Below, piece by piece: positions 25,285 through 38,056 of a DNA stretch of 64,000 nt; position 1 is the stretch's first letter, and each line of letters starts with the position of its first letter. Both the position numbers and the translations under genes were made by a program. The stretch spans positions 11,346,001 to 11,410,000 of the forward strand of contig OX597830.1 in NCBI GenBank assembly GCA_951406725.2, read 5' to 3'. The notes below the pieces were generated by a model. It saw only the letters and a list, made by a program, of their open reading frames with translations, searched no databases and was not told the DNA's origin. The DNA is from Octopus vulgaris. Its lineage: Eukaryota.

Positions 25285-28200
25285 CCCTAAGCACAAGGAT
25301 AGATTGTTTTTAGAAGGTTATCCATGAAGATGGTTTGCTGTGAGCCATTTGATCAATTTTGTGAAAGAGTAAAATTTCACAAAATTCAGCCAATCAGTAT
25401 GCAACATAGTGGTGATGATAGCAGTGGCTTGAAGATTGTTATAGTAAGTTCACCCAGGTTGTTTGTTGTGGAGCCCTTCTTTAGTGAATTACTAATGTCA
25501 TTCATGCTGAATTCAGCTTTGGAAGGAGTGTGGTGTAGATTTCTCCTCAAGGTACTCTCATCGTCTCTAGTTGCCCAATGAGTGAAGAAGCTGCAGTGAT
25601 ATGATGTGAACTTGCTGAGCATTTTAACATAAAAAAGTGAAGGAGGGTTTTGATTTGAATATGAGAGTTTGAACACGGTCTATTTTTGTATGAAGAATAA
25701 TAGATGACCCTTCCATCTGTTTTGACAGGGAGTGTCCCAGTTGATGTTGTTTAGCACTGATTGAGTTTGAGTGCAACTATAATTTGAGGCATCCCACCTT
25801 TGACCATGTCTTTTTTTCCAAATATAGTGTGCCCAAGATATCATTGGTGTATCTTTCCTTTTGTAGGATGCCGGCGAGCTGGCAGAATCGTTAGCACGCC
25901 GGGCAAAATGCTTAGCGGTATTTCGCCCATCGCTACGTTCTGAGTTCAAATTCCGCCGAGGTCGACTTTGCCTTTCATCCTTTCGGGGTCGAAAAATTAA
26001 GTACCAGTTACGCACTGGGGTCGATGTAATCGACTTAATCCATTTGTCTGTCCTTGTTTGTCCCCTCTGTGTTTAGCCCCTTGTGGGTAGTAAAGAAATA
26101 GGTAGGGTGCAGTTTGGTGAGAGTTTGACCACTATTTCTGATAGGTTGCACATTCATGAGGGGTCTTTCTGGTTAGCTTGCTTCCCAGTTGCCAATTTAT
26201 TGCTCTATCTGTTCACTGAGTTGCAGTGTATATGGTCAGTGCCTGTAGCCTTGATGTGGTCCTCAGATACAGTTGGCATGTCAAGGCTAACCATTTTGGG
26301 AGTGGGAAGCAAGTAATTTGGTTTGCATACATTATTTGACTGTGTCTTTGGAAGTCTCTGTATCACTGTTCAAACTACTGGAGATGGTGGTTAAGTCTCC
26401 CTCAATCCACATCTGACCATCTTGTAGAGGAGTGCAGTGAATAGTGTTGCCCGTGGTGCTTAGTTATTGATCTTTCAGTTGCTACGCAGGACCACCTTTT
26501 CTTTCTTGCAGTGAGGAAGGTGGCTTCTCAAACTGCCTTTCCTCATACCAATGTGTGAGGTTCTGGTCTCCTGCCACCTTCCTGGGATGTTGCCTTCACT
26601 TTCTGGATGACTGCTTCCATTGGGTATCTTCTGCCAACGAGAGTGGATTCCTTCAGATAGTTTGATCTGGTTTCTCAAACTTCACTCACTGTTGTGCTGC
26701 AGACATTTTTAATACAATTGGGACTGACCATGACATTGTTTTTGAACAATTTGTGGCTGTTTGAGAATTGGGGCTTGTGGAATGTACCGAAGAACTGTAG
26801 GAAAGTTCAAAAGTTGGAAAAGTGAAATAAAATACCTACAGATTAATATTGCAAGACTACTGGTAACACAGGCTAAAAATCTAATAACACTTGAAAAAGT
26901 TGCAGCGTGGAAGGTGTTTATAAGCCATTTAAGAAACACACAAAAACTGTTAGATTCACTTCAACATTTAAATTTAATTTGTCAAAATATTTTCTTCGTT
27001 TTTCAGACCGCGACCTGTTCACTGACAAAACTTCGTGCTGCCTTGTACTTTGCCAGTGAACAGGTCGCGGTCTGAGAGCGAAGAAGATATTTTGACAAAT
27101 CAAATTTAAATGTTGAAGTGAATTTAACAGTTTCGTGTGTTTCTTAACCCTTTCGTTACTATATTTCTGACCAAAATACACCCCTTATGTGTTTCAATTA
27201 ATTTCTAACGTAATCATAAATTTAGTCTGGTTTCATTAAACAACTATAACTTTTTTATTTATCAATATATTAATCTGATTTTTGGAAGATAATTTAATGA
27301 AATGTTCTCAACCAATTCTATACTATAATTTTTGTCACAAAGTGACTCTAATTGCATGTAGATACAGGTAAATTCAACAAAATATAAAATTATTAAAATT
27401 TTGTTCAAACATCGCTATAGAAAATGGGTTATTAGCTAATATTTAATTGGGTATACAACAAAATTTTACGATAGAATTTGTTATTCTGGGTAACTTTCTG
27501 ATACCCATAATAATATTTATGGCAAAATAGTCTTAATTTCATTTAAGGTTGTGGGAAACCACTAACTATCCTTTCTTTCGCTTTGTTTACATTTAGCGTA
27601 ACGGTTCGTTTCCGCCGTAATGATTTCAAATAGGCTCATTCGAAAAAGTAAAAAGAAATAGTCTAAGGCTTTACTATCCTGGGAAAGTCTGTGGCTTGGT
27701 CCAGTTTCTTCAGAAAAATCACCGAAAGAAACAGTTTTTAAATTTTCACTCCATTCAGGTGCCAATTCATTTTCTTTATCGCTGTCGGAGCTCTCGGATT
27801 CACTGTTTTCACTTTCGGAAAATGAAACATCAGATTCATTATCAAATACCAAGTGCTTTTTTTTTTCAGTCATAGAGTTAGATTTTTAGATTTATGAAGT
27901 TCTTCAGTAGAAAATCCTTCGAATTCTGACTCGCTGCTTGATATAATGAAATTCGTATCCATTTTTTGTCAGAATTACAAATTTTGAAAACACAATAGGA
28001 ACAAATTTCGGAAAAAAATCTCCCAAAATTCACGGAATTAAAATTACACTTTGATTGTTGTACAAAACTGTAGTTGAACTGTTTACGAAGTATAATACGT
28101 GTTTTCACAAATGTACTAAAGAGATTTGCTCTGATATTCTCATTTAAATATGAATAGGTAAATACGGGCGGGTTTGGGCGGTTTGGTCACATTAACCAAA

Positions 28201-31200
28201 CTTTTTTTCGGGCGGCTTTGGGCGGTTTGGTAACGAAAGGGTTAAATGGCTTATAAACACCTTTCATGCTGCAATTGTTTTCGTTCCAGCACACGATCTC
28301 AGATCAAGTCACTCGCTATGCAAGTACATCTTGAAAAAGTTATTTTCTTGATATTTATTTTACGAAACAACAGTAAGAAACCAGTGCTATGTATGATGTA
28401 GAAGTTGTAGCTGAAATGGCAACATTTGTTACTTGAAAAGTAGATTCAGTTCAGATTGTTAACTAAAAGTAGTAGTGAATTCTGCAAAACAGATTAGGTA
28501 ATTAGTGCTGGAATTAATGGTCAGAAATAAAAACAAAGATGGAAGACAATATAAGTACTAGTCTGGATGCATAATGGAAAACGATAATGTGGAGGCGCAA
28601 TGGCCCAGTGGTTAGGGCAGCGGACTCGCGGTTTCGATTCCCAGACCGGGCGTTGTGAGTGTTTATTGAGCGAAAACACATAAAAGCCCCACAAGGCTCC
28701 AGCAGGGATGGTGGTGATCCCTGCTGTACTCTTTCACCACAACTTTCTCTCACTCTTACTTCCTGTTTCTGTTGTACCTGTATTTCAAAGGGCCAGCCTT
28801 GTCACTCTCTGTGTCACGCTGAATATCCTCGAGAACTACGTTAAGGGTACACGTGACTGTGGAATGCTCAGCCACTTGCACGTTAATTTCACGAGCAGGC
28901 TGTTCCGTTGATTCGGATCAACCGGAACCCTCGTCGTTGTAACCGACGGAGTGCTTCCATCCAATGGAAAACGATGACAACAGTGTCAAGAAATGCTGAC
29001 AGTAGATGGATGCAGGCAGAAGAAGCATAGAAAGGAAGGGATTTGATAAATTATGGGAATGTTAGATTCCACTGAACTATTCCAAACATGCCAGCATTAA
29101 ATAAAATTGATACTAAATGATGAAGACTAACTGAGAAGCATGATGAGCCAGCAGTCAAATCTCTAAAGCAATTGCTAAAGATTTTCAGTTTTAACTGACC
29201 ATTTTAATGTCAAATCCTGAGAGTATTCCCAAAACAAAGATGATATTGTTATAGCTAAACATTGGGAGGTCGATCATCTCTATATATATAAACGGCAAAA
29301 TGTCTGTGCGTGTGTCCTTTATACAAATCCACAATTTTTCAGTTAGAGAGCTCGCACTTTCTATGGTCATTCAAATCCGTCCAAGGGTGGTCGTGCACAT
29401 CTTTACATTTCTCCAGTCACCCCGCAAAGTCATTAAAAAATCAATAGAAGTGATTTTTTTGTAAATTTTCTATCCAAAACCCAATCAAAATGCCCGAAAC
29501 TTGATACGCCAATTGAATGCTAGCTAGCTGCATGTGATTGGTTGGAGATTTGGACAGTACCCGCGTGTATGTGCGCATGCATGCAGCTATATATGCATGC
29601 ACTTATAGGCGGCGAGCTGGCAGAAACGTTAGCGCGCCGGGCAAAATGCATAGCCGTATTTCATCTGTCGTTACGTTCCGAGTTCAAATTCCGCCAAGGT
29701 TGACTTTGCCTTTCATCCTTTCGGGGTCGATAAATTAAGTACCAGTTACGCACTGGGGTCGATGTAATCGACTTAATTCGTTTGTTTGTCCTTGTTTGTC
29801 CCCTCTGTGTTTAGCTCCTTGTGGGTAGTAAAGAAATATATATATGCATGCACTAGCACTATGACCCAGCAACGCTGGGTCATAGTGCTAGTGTTAAATA
29901 TACAATATATAGTTACCATGATAGGATTGTGGAACTGACCAAAATAAAGTTGTATCAGATCATGTGTTATGATAGTTTCAGCTTAACTATAACACACTGA
30001 TGACATACTAATAAATGATTCCACTGGTAAATGCCACATGAACCAAACTTAAAGAGAAAAAAATATGGAAATATTTCGAACATTAGGCCTCATCAAGGAA
30101 ATGACTAGTGACTGAGACTTTTGGAAATATTCTGTGCTCTAGAAGACCCGGCAAGCCAGATGAGACCATAACCCGTGGCCTATGCCAGGTGCATAACCAG
30201 CCCACTTATGCGTACCTTTTCCTTCTTTGGTCACTAAGCTTTGCTTGCGAAGACCTGTTGAGGCAAGTGAAATCAAAATCAAAATCATTTCGAAGACTGG
30301 CATCTGTGCTAGCGGGGTGCAAAGAGCACCATACGAGTGTGATAGTTGACAGAGCGGCTATTCGAGTATGATCGTTACCAGCGTCGCCTTACTGGCACTT
30401 ATGCCTGTGCTAGTAGGGTGCCAAGAACACCATCCGAGCATGATCGTTGCCAGAGCAGCCAACTGGCTTCCATACCCGTGGCACGTGTAAAAAGATTTGA
30501 GCGAGATCATTGCCAGTACCGCCTGACTGGCCCCCATGCCGGTGGCACGTAAAAAGCACCCACTACACTCTTGGAGTGCTTGGCGTTAGGAAGGGCATCA
30601 GCTGTAGAAACTCTGCCAGATCAAGACTGGAGCCTGGCGCAGCCATCTGGTTTGCCAGCCCTCGTCAAAACCGTCCAACCCATGCTAGCATGGAAAGCGG
30701 ACGTTAAACGATGATGATGATGATGGTATAATTCATGTGCACATATGAACAAGTAAAACTAGGCAAATTTTTGAAATTTTAATGGAAGACACTGCTGCCC
30801 AAGTATTTACCTTGAATGATGAAGCGCAAACCATATGAGCGCAGAGGTAGAAAGGCAAAAACAGGTTGTTTTTCTGGGAGTACCTGAAAGTTGAAAATAT
30901 TTGACAGAATCAGAGTGAAAGAATATACCAAATTATAAGAATTAAAAGATTTGAGATTGTAGAGGTAATTAGGGTAATGAGAAATGAAGTGGAAGGTAAT
31001 GCATTTGAAGCTGATAAAATTAACTAATATAGGGATGCACTTAGTGGCATGTGAAAAAAATATTCAAGCAAGGTTGTTGCCAGTACCCCTGGACTGGCTC
31101 CTGTGCCGGTGGCATGTAAAAAACACCATTTGAGCATGGTCATTGCCAGTACCACCTGACTGGCCCCTGTGCCGGTGGTACGTAAAAAGCATCCACTACA

Positions 31201-34200
31201 CTCATGGAGTGGTTGGCATTAGGAAGGGCAACCAGCTGTAGAAACTCTGCCAGATCAGATTGGAGCCTGGTACAGCCATCTGGCTCGCAGTCCTCAGTCA
31301 AATCGTCCAACCCATGCTAGCAAGGAAAGCGGACATTAAACGATGATTATGATGACGAAGTTGCATAAGCCAGATTTTCACATTTGTATGGTAATCCTAT
31401 TTTAATTGAAACACTGAATTATTAAATAAAATTGGTACTTCATGTTGTGCGAAATATCTTTCACCAGTTCTGCAGGTTTGCTACTACGTAAAATGATGAC
31501 AAGTTACACAATCGCATTGCACCTGTTTACAGCCAGATGGAATGCGGTACTGAGTGTTAAGTGTGTTTATAGCACAATGCAAGTAACAAGATATGAATCT
31601 TTAAAACTTCAGCTCATAGAAAGATATGTTGTCAGCTTGATCAGAATAGGCCAACTTATGTGTACATGTGTGTGAGTTTTGATACATATACATATATACC
31701 GAAGTAAACACATAAATGTGAAACAAGGTGGAAAAAAGAGTACTCAAATACCAGGGGTAGAGTAACATGCTTTATTTAAAAGCAGCAGAAATTCAACAAA
31801 ACCTGTTACTCAGAGTTTCACGTTCCCATTCGTCGGATAGTTTTTATTTTAACAAGACTGTCCGACGAACGGGAATGTGAAACTCCGAGTAACAGGTTTT
31901 GTTGAATTTCTGCTGCTTTTAAATAAAGTATATATACATATCTATATACATATATATATCCATGCAAATATTGGACATATCCTACAAATTACAAAGCAGT
32001 GCTTTATAGTCAATGATTACTAGTCTATTTGATTATATAGGAGCATACAAACCTGAGCATTGAAGGACTTGTTTAACTTCATTGGGAAAGCTAAGGCAAT
32101 CTCTGTTGATTCCACATCAATATCCGATTTCACCTGACCAGAAAAAAATAAGCATATTTTAAACATGAGAAATAGAAGCACTTGAGAAGTATAAGGAGTC
32201 AGAACCATCTTGCAGACCTGGTTCACTGAGTGTAATTCGTCTCTGGGGTTCATTACATTTTGTGACTCTTAAAGGAGGATATAGTGAACAGAATGTCTCA
32301 GAGGAATTTGAAACCAAACAAAGAGATGACATACTGAATGCTGTAAAACATCTATAAAGGGTTTCTATCACTGGTGACAATTCATTTCTGAATTTCTTTT
32401 GAATATTTTGGTAGAGGATGAAATATAGCTATTTCGATTGACTTCATATATTACTTATTCTTATTATAGAAGATGTGGTTGAATCAAGTATTATTTGAAC
32501 TTAGAACATAAGACTCAAGACAATAAGGTATGAAAGAAGTGAGTCAGATATTGCTAGTTCGTGTTGTAGGGGAGCCACAGGGCTACTCACATTTAGGAGA
32601 GAGTTAGAAATGAGTAAGAAGTAGCTGCAATGAGACAAATGGTGGTGATACATGTCCATGCAGCATCTTTAGGTATGAGGTGAACAGGAAAACTGAAAGG
32701 CGGTGAGCTGGCAGAGTGGTTAGCACGCCGGGCGAAATGCTTAGCGGTATTTCGTCTGCCGTTGCTACGTTCTGAGTTCAAATTTCGCCGAGGTCGACTT
32801 TACCTTTCATCCTTTCGGGGTCGATAAATTAAGTACCAGTTACGCACTGGGGTCGGTATAATCGACTTAATCCCTTTGTCTGTCCTTGTTTGTTCCCTCT
32901 ATGTTTAGCCCCTTGTGGGTAGTAAAGAAATAAGGAAAACTGAAAGTGGTTTGGTGAGAAGAAATAGGCAAAATAGGAGAGAAGAAGAAGCAGGCAACGT
33001 CTATAAGGATTGGGCAGGGATGAATGGTAGATGGTGGGGATTGCCAATGCTTTGAACTGAATTTAAGAGATAGAGGGATGCAAGGAGAGACCAGTAACAG
33101 GATGATAAAGTCGACATGGTAGGGACAAGAGTGAGATGGGGTATTGGGATAGGTTACAGGAGAGAGGGAGACAGGGAGAGAGTCAGTTGTAATGCATGAG
33201 GTTAAAATTTGTTAGTACAATGCAGGAATGGAAATGAATGTGATGGATGGAAGCACTCCGTCGGTTACGACGACGAGGGTTCCGGTTGATCCGAATCAAC
33301 GGAACAGCCTGCTCGTGAAATTAATGTGTAAGTGGCTGAGCACTCCACAGACACATGCACCCTTAATGTAGTTCTCGGGGATATTCAGCGTGACACAGAG
33401 AGTGACAAGGCCGGCCCCTTCGAAATACAGGTACAACAGAAACAGGAAGTAAGAGTGAGAGAAAGTTGTAGTGAAAGAGTACAGCAGGGATCACCACCAT
33501 CCCCTGCCGGAGCCTCGGATGGAAGCACTCAGTCGGTTACGACGACAAGGGTTCCGGTTGATCCGAATCAACGGAACAGCCTGCTCGTGAAATTAACGTG
33601 TAAGTGGTTGAGCACTCCACAGTCACGTGTACCCTTAACGTAGTTCTCGGGGATATTCAGCGTGACACAGAGAGTGACAAGGCCGGCCCCTTCGAAATAC
33701 AGGTACAACAGAAACAGGAAGTAAGAGTAAGAGAAAGTTGTGGTGAAAGAGTACAGCAGGGATCACCACCATCCCTGCTGGAGCCTCGTGGAGCTTTTAG
33801 GTGTTTTCGCTCAATAAACACTCACAACGCCCGGTCTGGGAATCGAAACCACGATCCTATGATCGCGAGTCCGCTGCCCTAACCACTGGGCCATTGCGCC
33901 TCCTCTAAATGAATGTGATGTGGGTTAGAAAACAATATAAATGAATAAGATTGTGGTATCAGGAGGGGACAGTATGGTAGCAGCAGTGGGAGATAAGTGG
34001 GGAGATGGGGGGGGGGATTAGGCAAGGTATTAATTTGTGCACCTATCTCATATGTACACCAATAGTATTTCCAGAAGTCAGTTTCACCATGATGGGCGTG
34101 TCTTCTCAAGATCCTTGTATCGCTAGGCATCCCAGTTCTTTGCCATCTCCTTCATCACAATCACACACACACACACACTCAAACACACACACACACACAC

Positions 34201-37200
34201 ACTCAAACACACACACACACACACACACACACGTGTAAGTGTGTAAAAGAATTTCATACCTGCGCAGAAACTTTGGTAGCGTCCAGCAGTTTCTTAATAA
34301 CAAACCAACGGTCAACAACTCCATTGTGAGTTATTTCAACAATATCATGTTCTTGATCATAACGTTGCATCACCGTTTCTGTGCCTTGAATCTGAAATAG
34401 AAACTCAACTTTAATATTTCTTTTCTTTTCCTGATTAAGATTCGAATTCCAGAGTCGAAGACTTCCAATTTGTTACTGGGAAATACCAATACCTCTTATC
34501 TCTTTACTACGCACAAGGGGCAAAACACAGAGGGAACAAACAAGGACAGACATAGGTATTAAGTCGATTACATCGACCCCAGTTCGTAACTGGTACTTAA
34601 TTTATCGACCCCGAAAGGATGAAAGGCAAAGTTGACCTCGGCGGAATTTGAACTCACAACGTAATGCAGACGAAATACCGCTAAGCATTTCGCCCGGCGT
34701 GCTAACGTTTCTGCCAGCTTGCCGCCTTAAATACTAATACCTCTTATCTCTTTACTAATCAACATGGTCACTCAGTCTATCAATATTTTCTCTTCATAAA
34801 TCGATAATGTTTACAATAATGTTTACACAAGTAGATGTCATCATCATCATCATCATCATCGTTTAACGTCCGCTTTCCATGCTAGCATGGGTTGGACGGT
34901 TCTGACTGAGGGCTGGCAAACCAGATGGCTGCACCAGGCTCCAGTCTTGATCTGGCAGAGTTTCTACAGCTGGATGCCCTTCATAATACCAACCACCTCG
35001 AGAGTGTAGTGGGTGCTTTTACATGCCACCTGCACGAGGCCAGTCAGGCGGGTACTGGCAATGACCTCGCTCGAATCTTTTTACACGTGCCACCAGCACA
35101 GGTACCAGTGAAGCGATGTTGGTAATGATCACGCTCGAATGGTGCCCTTTTACGTGCCACGGGTACGGAAGACAGTTGGCTGCTCTGGCAATGATCACGC
35201 TTGGATGGAGTTCTTGGCACCCTACTAGCACAGGCATAAGTGCCAGTAAGGCGACGCTGGTAACGATCATACTCGAACAGCCGCTCTGTCAACGATCACA
35301 CTCGTATGGTGCTCTTTGCACCCCGCTAGCATGGATGCCAGTCATCGAAATGATTTTGATTTTGATTTCACTTGCCTCAACAGGTCTTCACAAGCAAAGT
35401 TTAGTGACCAAAGAAGGAAAAGCTACGCATAATCTATTATTCTTGAGCTAACTTCTGGTAGTGTCTGACCATTAATTCTACATATTTTTCCTATACATTC
35501 TAAAATCACTACATCTTTAGTTATGTCTCTTGTAGTTAAATTTACTCTACAGTTACTCACTTTAACAACAGAATTTCTTGGTTTTCAACTCGTACTACTC
35601 TATGTTATGGCATTGCAACAGTAACTTAACATTAATCTACTGGTTGAAAAGCTGACAGGTGCATTCTGTTTTAATATCATGTGCATTGTAAATTAAATAT
35701 CTTGGAATCATTATCATCATCATCATCATCATCATCATTTAGCATCCGCTTTCCATGCTAGCATGGGTTGGACGGTTCAACTGGGGTCTGTGAAGCCAGA
35801 AGGCTGCATCAGGCCTAGTCTGATCTGGCAGTGTTTCTACGGCTGGATGCCCTTCCTAACGCCAACCACTCCGTGAGTGTAGTGGGTGCTTTTTACATGC
35901 CACCCGCACAGGTGCCAGACGGAGCTGGCACAGGTACCAGTGAAGCGATGGTAATGATCACGCTCGAATGGTGCCTTTTACGTGCCACGGGTACAGAAGA
36001 CAGTTGGCTGCTCTGGCAACGATCACGCTTGGATGGTGCTCTTGGCACCCTATCATGTATCACCATTGGAAACAGTGAGAATACTGCATATTGAAACCGT
36101 TCCATTCTCCACTGGAGAGTCATCTTTTGAGTACAGTTTGGAAAGAATAGCTTCACAAGAATGGGTAGTCTTAGACAGAGAGTATGAAAATAAATCTTCG
36201 TGTTGCCTCCATAACTCAAACCACTGACTGGAGTATTACTACTCCACTTCACAGAACAGTGGCAAAGGGGAAACGACACTAAAAGTGTGGAATATCTCAT
36301 TCTATGAATGACAATGCAATTGCAAAACATTTACCTCGTTCTATGAGTGATAAGAGAGTTGTTGAGCACTTACCTCATTCCTTAAAGTGATCTTTTTCAA
36401 TCGATGTAGAAAGAGTAGCAAAGATGGGTGTATGTCATTGAAGCTAGCAGCAAGACATTTGGACTGTTGTACACCATCCTTTAAGGGTAGAAGAATCTTT
36501 GTAACCCAACTATTAAGAAAGGAAAAAAGTAAACTCATGACTGAGAGATTTTAAAATAAATATTAAAAAAAACAAAAAAAAAACAATATGCATTTAAGTT
36601 TTAAGATATATCTTGCAGATGCTCTGCATTGCATCATTAGTGATGTTTCTGGGTCCTCAGTGGGTTTCAGGTCTTTCAACATCAGATCCCCTTACCCAGT
36701 TGACGCAGCCAGGACTGATCAAGTCCCTGCTTGCACCCCTATAGCAACAATGGCCTGCCCTCTTTATCCAAAGTCACATCCTAGTGGCTGTCTCTGTGGA
36801 TTCTATGATGAAATTTACAGCCTTCCTTTTTGCAGCAGCATAGGAAATTCAGAATGTTTTATTGTTTACTATGTTGCTGTATCTAATATAGGTTTCAAAT
36901 TTTGGTACAAGGCCAGCAATTTTTAGGGGAGGAATCAAAATCGAAATCGAAATCTTTCAACATCAATGAAAATTGTAGCTGAGATACCAGTGCCGGTGGC
37001 ACGTAAGAGAACCGTCCGAACGTGGCCGTTGCCAGCACCGCCCCAACTGGCCTCCGTGCCGGTGGCACGAAAAAGCACCATCCGATCATAGCCGTTGACA
37101 GTTTCATCTGGCCCCCATGCCGGTGGCACGTAAAAAGCACCATCCGATCGTGGCCGTTTGCCAGCCTCGTCTGGCACTTGTGCAGGTGGCACATAAAAAG

Positions 37201-38025
37201 CACCCACTACACTCTCAGAGTGGTTGGCGTTAGGAAGGGCATCCAGCTGTAGAAACATTGCCAGATCAGACTGGGCCTGGTGCAGCCTTCTGGCTTCCCA
37301 GACCCTGGTCGAACTGTCCAACCCATGCTAGCATGGAAAACGGACGTTAAACAATGATGATGATGATGATGATGAACTATACTGACCCCAAGGTTCAATC
37401 GGTATTTATTTCATCAACCCCAAAAGGAGGAAAGGCAAACCTGATTTCAACAGAATAACTCAGAATGTAAAGAGAGATGAAATGCAGCTAAGCATTTCAT
37501 CTAAGCTAAGTATATTGTTGAGTAACTCCAGTCAGCTTGGCTAAAAAACAGATCGTGGTGCAGTGATATGTTTTGAATGATTACATATAATTGCAAAGGT
37601 CATGAACATCAAATATTTTCTGCTTCAATTAGGTACAGGACCATGCTGAACACTAAATGTAGTGATTATGTAAAGCATAAAGTGTCAGAGTATATATATA
37701 TTAGGATTGGTAATTGTAGTTAAGACACCAGTGCTGGTGACACGTAAGAGCACCGTTCGAGCGTAGCAGTTACTAGTGTCGCCTGACTGGCGTCCGTGTC
37801 GGTGACACGTAAAAGCACCAACCGATTGTGGCCGTTTGCCAGCCTGCGCTGGCTCCTGTGCCGGTGGCACGTAAAAAACACCCACTACACTCATGGAGTG
37901 GTTGGCGTTAGGAAGGGCATCCAGCTGTAGAAACACTGCCAAATCAGACTGGAGCCTGGTGCAGCCTCCATGGCTTACCAGACCCCAGTTGAACCGTCCA
38001 ACCCATGCTAGCATGGAAAACGGAC

Positions 38026-38056
<31 letters not shown>

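Noticed and set aside
28590-28660. tRNA genes at SINE heads (families B, C, D)
   Set aside because: A/B boxes are present but there is no complete cloverleaf; they continue into SINE bodies with TSDs
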